From the NCBI GenBank assembly GCA_018985235.1, contig JADGIG010000002.1, positions 1 through 64,000 of the forward strand: a DNA stretch of 64,000 bases, written 5' to 3'. Below the pieces are notes generated by a model. The model was not told the DNA's origin, made no database searches, and worked only from the letters and a program-made list of their open reading frames with translations. A program made the translations under genes and the position numbers. The number at the start of each line of letters is the position of its first letter. Position 1 is the stretch's first letter. Source of the DNA: Sanchytrium tribonematis. Its lineage: Eukaryota. Positions 22,344 to 32,800 of this stretch are shown piece after piece.

Positions 22344-22925
22344 ATGAAAAAGTCCTCAAATCAATTATTAGTCATTTTCGATTTGAATGGTACACTATTA
22401 TATAGGGCTAGAGCAAAAAAAGATACTTGGTCCAAAGATATTCCAGATGATGCAGAGCCAGTTGGAACTATTAAAGGCCGAAAAGTTTATTTGAGGCCAT
22501 ATCTTAAGGAGTTATTGACGGAGAGCGAGTACGAATACGCATTTTGGACCTCGGCTAATGAAGATAATGCTATTTCGATGATAAATTACATTCCATACAC
22601 AAAACCACTTTTTATTTGGGGTCGCTCGAAGTGCACGGCCAACCCAAATGGAGAGAAGCCATGGTCTGTTTATAAAGACCTCGATTTGATTGACAAAAAT
22701 TTATATAGCAGATATATAATTGTAGACGACTCTGTGGATAAATTTTCTGCTGAACATCAAAAGTTGCACATTGCAATTCCAGAATACACTTGCCAATCCG
22801 CTGATTATGTTCTTTTGGCGCTCAGGAGTTATTTGGACGAGGTCCTTCGATCAAAAAATTATGTAGAATTCTTGGAAAAAAACAACTTTAGTGATTTTCT
22901 CAAAGACTTTCAGTTTATTGAATAA
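22344..22925 (+). CDS. FCP1/NIF-like HAD phosphatase-domain protein
   Basis: VIFDLNGTLL, RPYL, WTSA, KDL, IVDDS. Confidence 0.8.
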   Translation: MKKSSNQLLVIFDLNGTLLYRARAKKDTWSKDIPDDAEPVGTIKGRKVYLRPYLKELLTESEYEYAFWTSANEDNAISMINYIPYTKPLFIWGRSKCTANPNGEKPWSVYKDLDLIDKNLYSRYIIVDDSVDKFSAEHQKLHIAIPEYTCQSADYVLLALRSYLDEVLRSKNYVEFLEKNNFSDFLKDFQFIE

Positions 22926-23421
22926 ATGCTTTCATAGTTCGCAATTCTGATAACAAACGCCTTAAGTCACTATCGTCCAGTTTTATGCTAGGAATAAGAG
23001 ATTTTGCTTCATCAGAATCTTCTACAACTAAGCTACCAAGCTGACAAGTTTCAAACCTATGAAGATTGTACATCTCACATTGATGTCTAATCTGGTCCAG
23101 ATTGTCCAGATTGCTAATTTTGGCAAATTTAGATACATGTTCGAAAGACGATAAAAATGATTTTGGCAAAGTTCGTGTCAAATCCTCATCAGACATATCG
23201 TTCAATTGCATATATGTAGATGCATTTGTAGGGCCAGTCAGATTAGAACCAGGTGTACTGTAACCGGGTGTCGATGCATTGCCAGATTGCAATTGTGAGA
23301 TTCTCTCTATTTTTTGTGCAAAAAGCAAATTATACACTTCTCCAAGCATAAGGCAATATCCACCATTAAATTCACCGAATTCTAAATTAGTGGCATCGGC
23401 TTCTTCATGTTCTTGTTGCAT
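22915..23421 (-). CDS. RPB4: RNA polymerase II subunit Rpb4
   Basis: EEADATNLEFGEF..CLMLGEV; LHRFETCQLGSL...EAKSLIPSI. Confidence 0.88.
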   Translation of the reverse strand: MQQEHEEADATNLEFGEFNGGYCLMLGEVYNLLFAQKIERISQLQSGNASTPGYSTPGSNLTGPTNASTYMQLNDMSDEDLTRTLPKSFLSSFEHVSKFAKISNLDNLDQIRHQCEMYNLHRFETCQLGSLVVEDSDEAKSLIPSIKLDDSDLRRLLSELRTMKAFIQ

Positions 23422-23452
23422 GGCGTTTGAAGGGAGTTTGTGAAACAAAGAT

Positions 23453-24268
23453 ATGATTCGACTGGTTCCAAAAAGCTTAGATTTAAAGCATATAACCATC
23501 GAAATCCCTATACCCAAGCCATACAAATTTATTTTTAAAGCCACTGATAGTCCATTAGATCTAGTATCACAATTTCAGCTTCTCGGAAAAGTCCAAAATA
23601 ATGTCGATACAACCGCAACAATGAGAATTTCTGACTGGCTTCGCAAGGGTCACAATTTGGCACTAGACACCAATGGTAAAAAATTTCACTATATTTTAGA
23701 TTGTTCTGAAATCGATAACAGCTTGAAACTTTTAAACTCTGAATTGTTCGAATTAAATAGGAAAATTGTTATAATAGAGAATTTTAACAGAATTATAAGC
23801 AGTGAGAGAATGAAGATGTTGACTAAGTGGAAAGCTGGTGGAATCGGATATCTTGCACTTCAAACGTCCACTTTACTATGGCTAACCTACGCTGAACAGG
23901 GGCTCTCGTGGGATGTCGTTGAACCTATTACATGCTTGCTTGGTATCGCCACCAGTATAGTATCCATAGGTTTCTACAAATTATTTTTAAGTGACTTTAC
24001 ATATTTGGAATTATTTAATAAGATTGGATTAAGGGCAGAGAAGAAAATATTTAATTCCTGGCATATTCAAAGAGAGTTTCAAAAGCTTTCTGTCTTACTT
24101 GATCTACCACAAAATTTAGAATACAACGATTTTATATCAAATTTTGATAAATTAAAACAAGAACGGAAAAATTTGGTTAGTATTTTAACACCATGGACCA
24201 CTGCAAAAATGTTGAAACAGTGGAAGTCCATTCATCCACAATGGATGCCTCGGATCAATATTGAGTAA
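23453..24268 (+). CDS. Mitochondrial calcium uniporter-family protein
   Basis: Coiled coil, TM1, pore motif SWDVVEPIT, TM2. Confidence 0.8.
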   Translation: MIRLVPKSLDLKHITIEIPIPKPYKFIFKATDSPLDLVSQFQLLGKVQNNVDTTATMRISDWLRKGHNLALDTNGKKFHYILDCSEIDNSLKLLNSELFELNRKIVIIENFNRIISSERMKMLTKWKAGGIGYLALQTSTLLWLTYAEQGLSWDVVEPITCLLGIATSIVSIGFYKLFLSDFTYLELFNKIGLRAEKKIFNSWHIQREFQKLSVLLDLPQNLEYNDFISNFDKLKQERKNLVSILTPWTTAKMLKQWKSIHPQWMPRINIE

Positions 24269-24315
24269 ATTGTTTAATTATAACTGTAAATCATTTATTC
24301 TCCTTTGTAAAGTCA

Positions 24316-25047
24316 ATGTCTAGCGAATCCTTTTCACAGGTGGGTGGCCATGAAAACACCTTTCAGAAAGTGGGATTATTTAAAATAAGAAAAACTACAA
24401 CAGCAAAAGAGGCCGCATTTTATAAAGAACTTCAAAGTAATGTGGAACTGAAATTATTATTGGAATTCACATCAAAATTTTATAGTGCAATTCAGTTTTC
24501 GACACAAGGAAAATGCAATTGGTTTATCACAATAGAGAATGTCATAGAGTCATTTTCTAGTCCTAACATATTGGACCTAAAGTTGGGCTCGCAGTTGTAT
24601 GATGCAGAAGCTGACGAGTTGAAAAAGCTAAGAATGCTGGAAAAGTCTAAAAAAACTACTTCGGGGGCAATATCTTTAAGAATTGCTGGAGTGAAGTATT
24701 TTGGAAATGAGGCATTAGATAAAGAATTTGGAAGGAAATTGACAGTGAAACAATTTTGTTCCGAATTGCGAAAGTTCGTAGATCCTGTTAGGTCAGAGAT
24801 TTTAAAAAATGTTACAGAACTTACCTCCATTATCGAAAATATAGAAGCCAGACTTGTTTCTACTTCCATTTTGATTGCCTATGAAATTAACTTCCCTCGC
24901 AAGTACATTTTTAAATTGATTGACTTTGCGCATTCGAACTTAACGCCTGGACAAGGTCCACATGTCGATTTGATTGTCGGGCTAAAGAATCTGGTTCAGA
25001 TATTGTCGGACGAAAATCTAGATTTAAGTACTCTGCAAAAATATTAA
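24316..25047 (+). CDS. Inositol polyphosphate kinase (IPK/IPMK family)
   Basis: QVGGH, PNILDLKLG, STSILI, LIDFAH. Confidence 0.88.
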   Translation: MSSESFSQVGGHENTFQKVGLFKIRKTTTAKEAAFYKELQSNVELKLLLEFTSKFYSAIQFSTQGKCNWFITIENVIESFSSPNILDLKLGSQLYDAEADELKKLRMLEKSKKTTSGAISLRIAGVKYFGNEALDKEFGRKLTVKQFCSELRKFVDPVRSEILKNVTELTSIIENIEARLVSTSILIAYEINFPRKYIFKLIDFAHSNLTPGQGPHVDLIVGLKNLVQILSDENLDLSTLQKY

Positions 25048-25079
25048 AATAAAAATTCATTATAATTCGGATTGAAAGC

Positions 25080-25328
25080 TCAACATGTTTTTGACTTAAT
25101 CTCAGTAATACCAACATCAATTATCATTCTTAAGTGCGCATTTTCAACCTTTAAACTTGCTATCTCTTTATTTGCAGAATGCAATTGCTGACAATTATGC
25201 TCGAATTTACATATAAATATAGATAACTCTCTTCTAAGATCGTTTAATTTACTGGAATCACTGCTTGCCGAATATATGCTCATTTCAAGCTCATCAAATT
25301 TTTTTCGAATTAATTCTGAGATTTCCAT
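25080..25328 (-). CDS. Small coiled-coil protein
   Basis: 82-aa ATG ORF with heptads. Confidence 0.45.
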   Translation of the reverse strand: MEISELIRKKFDELEMSIYSASSDSSKLNDLRRELSIFICKFEHNCQQLHSANKEIASLKVENAHLRMIIDVGITEIKSKTC

Positions 25329-25398
25329 TTTTTGGGTTTCAAAATTTATGGAATTTTGATGAAAATCTTGAAAAAATTTACTACGTAGATAAAGGGTT

Positions 25399-26067
25399 TT
25401 ACCTGTTGCTCAAGGTACAAAAGATGCTGCTGTCATTCCAATTTGGCGGTTCTGAGGAACTGAGGTCATCGTTAGAACAGCGATCTATAAAAGCGGCTAA
25501 ATACTTATTTAAATCTACTGCCAAATACAGTTTTTTAAATTCAAAATTGAATTCCATAATAGTTTCAAAATTCTTTTCTTCGTGGCGAAATTTCATTTTC
25601 TTACATGTCTTAGTCGTATTCTCTATAGATGCTTCTCGAGCTTGAACAACGTAGTCGAAATTGTAAGTGTCCCATTTCGTACCCTTTTTTTCAAACCCAT
25701 CTTTGATCATAATTATTCCACATCTCTGTTTCTCTAAATGCACTTTAAATATGGATTTGTCTAGTTCCTGGTTTTTTTCCAAGTTAATAAATAAACCGCA
25801 TCTAGAACAAACTATAAACTTTTCATATATCTCGGTATATGCCTCAATTTGATCTTCTTCGTATCCATTGTTTCTTTCGTCGCAAATTCTACAGTATATG
25901 TCTGTAAATGGCAACAGGCGGTAACAGTTGCTGCAAAACCACATAGCGTCATTTTCGAAAGCGCTATCGTGCGAGACTAAGTTTTCTTTTATATAATGTA
26001 TGTCTTTTATGTATCTGCGATCTTTGACCTCCACAAAATTCTCAAAAAATTTGCTGCTTAGCTGCAT
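25399..26067 (-). CDS. Hypothetical protein with Cys-rich (zinc-ribbon-like) motifs
   Basis: WFCSNC...CRIC, CSRC. ATG at 26067 is preceded by CTCCT. Confidence 0.55.
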   Translation of the reverse strand: MQLSSKFFENFVEVKDRRYIKDIHYIKENLVSHDSAFENDAMWFCSNCYRLLPFTDIYCRICDERNNGYEEDQIEAYTEIYEKFIVCSRCGLFINLEKNQELDKSIFKVHLEKQRCGIIMIKDGFEKKGTKWDTYNFDYVVQAREASIENTTKTCKKMKFRHEEKNFETIMEFNFEFKKLYLAVDLNKYLAAFIDRCSNDDLSSSEPPNWNDSSIFCTLSNR

Positions 26068-26117
26068 CAAAGGAGAATGCGCTATGAAAACATTTTAAGG
26101 AATTAGTCTATAGTAAT

Positions 26118-27666
26118 TTACTGAATAGCTCCCCAGATGCATATTTTACCATCATCCGAAGCACTGGCGAATAAGTTGGGTATGAACGAATTCCAAATTA
26201 CACAAGCAACAGGTGAATCATGGTGACCCTCCAAAATCTCAATCAGCTCTTCACTTGACTTCGACCAAACGTATATCTTACCATCTGTCGAACCTGTGGC
26301 TACAAACGAATCCGATTTTCCTCCGAATCCACCCTGTACAACATATTTATCATGGGAATGTCCAATAAATTTACCGCCGCATTTACCAGTAAATATATTT
26401 TTTACCCTAATTTCATTAGAATGGTAAGTTACCATGATTTCTGGGAAAATTTTAGATGAGGCTATATCAACTATGGCTTCCTTTTCTTTAAAAATTCGAA
26501 CAGGTAGCTTTGTTGAAAGATCAATCACATGAATCGCCCTTTCTCCGCTAATGACTATCAAATTATTACTGCCTGAGTCAATTGCGATCGAGGTTATTCT
26601 AGGCAAGTTCCATTTATGAATAATTTTGCCCCGTTTGTCCCACATTACAAGAGGTGAATTGGTACTGGACGTTATAAAGTCTCCAGTTGAAGTCCATTCT
26701 AGGCCAGTTATGTCTCCATTGTGTATTTCCAAAGATACCATAAGTTTCTTTTTCTGAATTAGTAAAAGAAACCTGTATATCCCAAAGTTTGACCGTAGCA
26801 TCCGTAGAACCACTAAGCAGATATTTGTCTTCCGGAGAAAATTTGATTTTTGTGATGCTTTCTTCGTGGTCATCAAATACAGCCAAGCAATTTCCTGCGA
26901 GATCCCAAACTTTAATTTTAGCATCCTTCCCCCCACTGGCAAAGTAATGTGTTTTGTTCCCCCATGCCAAAGCCCAGACTTCTGAATCGTGTCCTTGTAT
27001 CTGTAAGGACACTTTTCTGGGGAAAAATTCACTGCTGCATTTGTGGTCTTGGAACAATGAAAATTGGCAGTTATCAGAGTGATAAGTACAATTTTGCTTC
27101 TGGAGTTCAAAGGACTGCTGTAACAAATTTTCTAATCTATTCTGAGGAATTACTAAATTGCAAGGAAGATGCTCTTCGAGGTTTTGCATAATCTTGCAAC
27201 GCGTATTGGATATACTTTCATAACATTGATAAAGCTCGTTGTTTGAGCACATAATAAGCCTTGTAAATTGTTGCGTATATTTCTCTCCTATTGAAAAGGA
27301 TATTTTTCGCAGATATTGTAATGCATATAATCTGTTGCCTGACAGAATTTGCTCGAGAAGTTCTTGCCTATGGATTAATATTTTAAGTTCAAGGCCGTTT
27401 TCCAATTTCAAATCATCAATAGTGTTATAGACTGAAGACCAGTCACCCTCAATTATACCATTGCGGAGTTTCGAAACTTCTTTACTTTCCATTAATACAC
27501 CAGATTCACTTTGAAGCAATTTTGCAGTGGAAATGTATCCCATTTTTTGAAGTTGCAGGCAAAGAAGTCTAGTCAATTCTTTAGAATCAATAGTAATTCT
27601 TGACGAATGGTCCTCTATCTTGATCCTCTTTGATTTTGATTCATCAAATTCACCCCTTCTTCTCAT
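26118..27666 (-). CDS. WDR26/Gid7 (LisH-CTLH-WD40); exons 27666-26773, 26753-26118
   Basis: LisH (ELTRLLCLQLQKMGY..TAKLLQSESG), CTLH, IPQNRLENLL, CTYH and WD40 repeats. Confidence 0.88.
26754..26772 (-). other. 19-nt GT-AG intron
   Basis: GTTTCTTTTACTAATTCAG with a CTAAT branch motif. Removal fixes the frame switch between WD40 repeats. Confidence 0.92.
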
Positions 27667-27791
27667 TACAAATTGTTTTATAGGGGTAACGCGAGAGAAA
27701 TTATGCAAGCATTAATTTTAATCATATAGAGTTTATGAGTATCTTTTTAGATTTAAAATTTTAGGCTGAATGATTTGATTTAAATTCTCCT

Positions 27792-28784
27792 ATGAAACAA
27801 ATTTATTGTGGTATACTTGGAGCTACAGGTGCTGTCGGACAGATGTTTTTAAAGCTTTTGGAGAACCATCCAAGATTTGTAATTAAATGTTTAGGAGCGA
27901 GCCAAAAGTCGGCAGGAAAAAAAATTGGAGAGTTTGTCGATTTGCAACAAGATTTGGGCAACTTTGAAATTTTGCTATGCGAGCCCGAACTATTCCAAAA
28001 TTGCTCAATTATATTCAGCGCTTTAGATTCAAGTGTTGCTGGAGAAATTGAGATGAAATTTGCTAAGTATGGCTACCCGGTTTTTAGCAATTCCAAAAAT
28101 TGGAGAATGGATCCACTTGTACCATTATGTGTTCCTTACTGTAATCCCGAGCATCTGAAGTTAGTGGAAAGACAAAAAAAAGAGTGGAAATGCAATGGAT
28201 TCATAGTTACAAATGCAAATTGTTCTACAACTGGTTTAGTGGTTGTACTCAAATCCCTTGAGGCAATTATCAAGTTTACAAACGTGAGAATTCATACTCT
28301 ACAAGCAGTAAGTGGAGCAGGCTACCCTGGTCTTAGCGTAATAGATATACATGATAATGTGATTCCATATATTGAAGGAGAAGAAGAAAAATTGGAAACG
28401 GAAGCTTTGAAAATTTTAGGTAGCTTTATTGAGGCTAAAGGACACATCCAGTCAAAGGATCTGAAAATTATTGCTGTTTGCAACCGTGTTTGCGTTTTAA
28501 ATGGGCACACTTTAAATATCGAAATCAAGCCAGATGTTGATGTAATTCCTCTTGAAAAAATTAAGAAGCACTTTGAAAATCTAGACCACATAAGAATCTT
28601 GGAATCTTCTAATCGACCTCAACCAAGACTTGACCGAAAGTATGGAATGAAAGTATCTGTTGGTCGTATTCGAGTGAAGAATGATGAGCTTTGTTTGACA
28701 GCTGTTTTTCACAATACAATATTGGGTGCAGCGGGTTCATCCATATGGAATGCGGAAGAAGCACTAAAATTAAATTTGATTTGA
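27792..28784 (+). CDS. HOM2: Aspartate-semialdehyde dehydrogenase (fungal/archaeal type)
   Basis: GATGAVG, NANCST, QAVSGAGYPG, RPQPRLDR, HNTILGAAG. Confidence 0.93.
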   Translation: MKQIYCGILGATGAVGQMFLKLLENHPRFVIKCLGASQKSAGKKIGEFVDLQQDLGNFEILLCEPELFQNCSIIFSALDSSVAGEIEMKFAKYGYPVFSNSKNWRMDPLVPLCVPYCNPEHLKLVERQKKEWKCNGFIVTNANCSTTGLVVVLKSLEAIIKFTNVRIHTLQAVSGAGYPGLSVIDIHDNVIPYIEGEEEKLETEALKILGSFIEAKGHIQSKDLKIIAVCNRVCVLNGHTLNIEIKPDVDVIPLEKIKKHFENLDHIRILESSNRPQPRLDRKYGMKVSVGRIRVKNDELCLTAVFHNTILGAAGSSIWNAEEALKLNLI

Positions 28785-28810
28785 AAGTAAATATATTAAG
28801 GCCATTTTGT

Positions 28811-29251
28811 ATGGATTTGAAGTGTAAGTGGGCGGGATGTTCTACCATCTCGGAATCAGTCCCTGAGTTATATAAGCACGCGAGGACACATATTGGCTAT
28901 AAAAAGAAAGGAAACTTCAGTACGCGCTGCCTGTGGGGAGATTGCACCTTTGAAAGAACGACTAGGTCTAGGCTACAAGAACATATAATTAAGCATTTTG
29001 AATATCAGCCATTTAATTGCAAAGAGTGCGAGAGCAAATTTAAGAATTCAAGACATTTAAAAAAGCACATGAGAGAAAAACATATGAATTATTTTTCAAG
29101 TTCGAGCCCATTTTTTGTAGCAGATAATATCTTGTCTGTCAATTCTACTTATAATCAATTTTTGTATTTTACCTCTGCCAGAGACGAAAAAGCCTTTGAT
29201 GAAGATGTTCATCCTTTTGATGACGACTTGTTGAATTTTTCGTTCAAATAA
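28811..29251 (+). CDS. C2H2 zinc-finger transcription factor (3 fingers)
   Basis: CKWAGC...H..H, CLWGDC...H..H, CKEC...H...H. Confidence 0.85.
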   Translation: MDLKCKWAGCSTISESVPELYKHARTHIGYKKKGNFSTRCLWGDCTFERTTRSRLQEHIIKHFEYQPFNCKECESKFKNSRHLKKHMREKHMNYFSSSSPFFVADNILSVNSTYNQFLYFTSARDEKAFDEDVHPFDDDLLNFSFK

Positions 29252-29286
29252 ATAATTAAACTACCAAGATAAATCAAAGGGCAAAT

Positions 29287-29812
29287 TTATTCGTTTTTCT
29301 TATCAGCCGTATTTTTGATTTTCTCGACTGCAGCGTCGAACTTAGAACTTTCTTTCGTCAAAAATGGCTCAATGAGTTGATAAACCTTGACTGCGCCCTA
29401 AGTAAGTTCAAATTACATCGAATTGAGGCAAGCTTAAGTACAATAAGAATAAAACCTTAGCTGTGTAGTAGAATGGAATCCAACTCATCAAAATATCTGT
29501 AAAACTTTCTACAGTTGCAAATGTAGCATAAACTATCCAGTACGTTAACCATTTCGTATCGTCGTCCTTTTGTGTCGACTTAATAGCTTGCAATGACTTG
29601 TTAACGGGATATAACAAACCAATTAAGTTACTCAAAGCTTTTCCGGCAACATCAAGAATTAGCAAAAATGCACTTAATCCCATGACTGCCTCTGCAACAT
29701 ATGCCTTTGGAACTCCGTACTGCTTTTCGACCTGATTTAACAACGGATATCTTGATAAGTATTCATCAACGTTTTTGTGAAATGTCAGAGCTCTAGATTT
29801 AACTTGATCCAT
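29287..29812 (-). CDS. YOP1: ER-shaping protein Yop1/REEP5; exons 29812-29417, 29397-29287
   Basis: YPVNKSLQAI...DDDTKWLTYW...WIPFYY; LPQFD|GAVKVY after splicing. Confidence 0.92.
29398..29416 (-). other. 19-nt GT-AG intron
   Basis: GTAATTTGAACTTACTTAG. Removal restores the conserved 'PQ..GA..VY..I.PF' motif. Confidence 0.93.
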
Positions 29813-29845
29813 GTTTCAAAAATCAACGTGAATATTTTGTGAAAT

Positions 29846-32800
29846 TTATTGTGCCAATCGTGAAATACATAATTCTATTAAGTCGCTCCATTTCTGCTCA
29901 TAATATTGTGGATTATTTTGCATTCTTACGTATAAAAGTGTGCTTTCTGCAACATCTATAATTTGTTTTTTAGTAAATTTTCTAGTTCTTGACAATGACT
30001 GCAGGAATTCAAAAAGGTCCAATGACGATTCTAGTATAAATGGTGAATTTAATTCGTGTTGCAAAAACTCCAACTCATCACTTTTACAAAGAATCATGAC
30101 ATCCTTCAATGAGAAAGCGATCAGATTTAAAAGATCCTTAATCTCGTATGCCTTGCTTTCACTGCCACATCCCTTGATTATCACAAGATTAGTTTTAATA
30201 TCGAGATTGTTCATTTCAATCGTTGCTACAAGTAATCCTATTTGGTTTGATTTGAATAAGTTTTGAATAACTTGAATATCAGCCATCGTCATTAAAGGAT
30301 GAAGTAATCCAATGCCAAAAGAAAGGCAATGTTTGATGGTCTCATCTTTGATCTCTACACTAAGAATCGCTATATCCGGATTGTAGACAAATTTATGAGG
30401 ATTCTCTTGACTCAAAAAAGATATAATGTCAGAAAATGTGGTTTTGATTTGTTTTCTGCTTGGAACAAAAATAATTACATTTCCGTCATAAAATTTGATT
30501 TTTGAGTATATTGATCTCATCATGTTGGACATTCTTGCTGGATAATATTTCTCCGAAAAACCTTGGAAATTCTCCAATATAGGACTCGGAAGCAAATCTT
30601 GCCTAAAATTAAAACAATTTTCGTCTGGAATATTTAGCCAATTTTTAATACAGCCAGAGTTTCCCAAAGTTGGTCCTAACACAATTAATTTACCTTTGTA
30701 TTTGCATTTGATGATTTCAAAATCGATTGATTTCAAATTAATAAAATTGTTTACAATAAGAATTTGGAAATTGTTATCAATTTTGCGTATAAAATCGCTA
30801 GACGTACCTAATTGTACATCAGTATTCGGTAAACTAGATACAGTGGATTGCAATGCATCATATTCCTTATGTACGAGAACAAAAATTTTCTTCTTACAAT
30901 TTTTGACAATACTCAAAATTAGATTACTGAAGTCAAAATAGACTGAACATCCTACAAATACGTTGCTCCTCGAATGAATCACTTCAAACAAGACTTGAGT
31001 TTCAATAGGATTAAAAAAGAGATTGTCTTGAGGTTCAAAATAAGGGGTCAAATTCTTTAAATTTGAAATACTTTTTCTATCTTTTGGTATTATGAGATCT
31101 TGAAAATCAATGTAATGACTGTCTTCATAGTGAAAATCATTTGACATAATCAGTACTTTGAGTCCTTTTTGAACTGGCTCACTGATTAAAACTGTGAATT
31201 CTTGCCAAATTGGCTTGTAGCAATTTATATTAGAAACTGCAAATTGCTGACTAAAAACAATGTTTTCAGAATCATGAACAAATATGTGAAATTGTTCAAC
31301 TGATTTCCTGGAAATCGAATAATGAGGTATCACATTGATCAAGATAGTAATCACAGATGATAAGAGCGGTTTAAATCTATATTGAAAGCTGAAATTTGGA
31401 TGCCGATCTACAGCATTGCAAATTTTCTCCAATAAATTTTTGTCCATAATATTTTTGGATAGATAATTGCAATCGCATTCTCTAATCTCTTCCATGGAAT
31501 ACAGATGTAAATCATTAAGTTGATCAGCAACTCTGATAGAGGGAATGTACCGAATAATTGGGTGTTGAAATGGCCAGGATCTATTTTCTATAATTATGCA
31601 TGATGTTAATGCGCTTTTAGTGGCAAGAGTCCAAGTTCTATATTTTGATATTTCGAAAATGGCTCGACAGATCCGTTTAGCATTTTCTACTACGTAGAAT
31701 TGGTCACTCATTAAGGAGAAAGACTTCAAAGCTTTTTTGTTTACATAAGTTTGAAGCAGAACATTGGCTTTACAATGACTATCAGCTGAAGTACCTTGAA
31801 TTTCCAAAGGGCAGTTGCTCAGCAACATATCAAGCTCTTGAAGCTCATCGTCTCTTACTTTCAGTTGTTCAAATTCGTTACTTAAACATACTGCTTGAAA
31901 CACCTTATCAATATTCATTAAAGGACCAATTTTTCCTTGATTAAAAGTTTCGATTGTTTCTGCTGAAATATAGAAATGGCTTGCTATTTTACCTAGATGC
32001 GTCGATTCCACTAGTTCTTTTTTTTGATCGTACAAAATCATTTCTCTGCGATTTAATTTTAAAAGTGCTTTTTCTGCTAAAGATCTTCGGAAACTTATCA
32101 ACTTGGTATCTTCTGCCAAATCTTTCCAACTTGAGCCATATGCAATCGGATTTTTAAAGCAACGAACATGTTGAAACGTATAGCCTAGCCAAATCATAGC
32201 ATCATCTAATGTTGTTATGGTGCCTAATGCCACTTCGGCATTAATGTAATCCGATAAATGCTTTGTGAACTGGCTTTCGATGGGAAGACTAAGACTCAAC
32301 TGCTCGACATAGTGCCGGTACTTATCAGAGCTTGTCACTAAAATACCATATCCTTTATTTTCGAATTGAGGTCTTCCTGCCCGCCCGAATATTTGATTTA
32401 CATCGAGGATGGATAAATCGATAAAATCTGATTTTGAAGGATCGTATATAGAAGTACCATGTATAACAACTACACTGCTTGGCAAATTGACACCCCAAGC
32501 CAAAGTTGCAGTACAAACTAGTAATCTGCAATATCCCTTCAAAAACCATTTTTCGACATTGTTTCTATCCGACCGAACAAGACCTGCATGGTGTACTGCA
32601 ATGCCATGTTGGAGCAGATCATTAAAGGATTTGGATGTTAGTTTTTTTAATTCGTTAACATAGCCATAATCAGATGCAAGCTGAAATATTTCGGAGTCGG
32701 AAATATCCGCCATTCTTTTGAGAGACCTAGCAACGCGCAAAGTTTCGTTTCTGGAATGTACGAAAACCATCACCTGTTTATCATCTTTCAAAAAAGGTAC

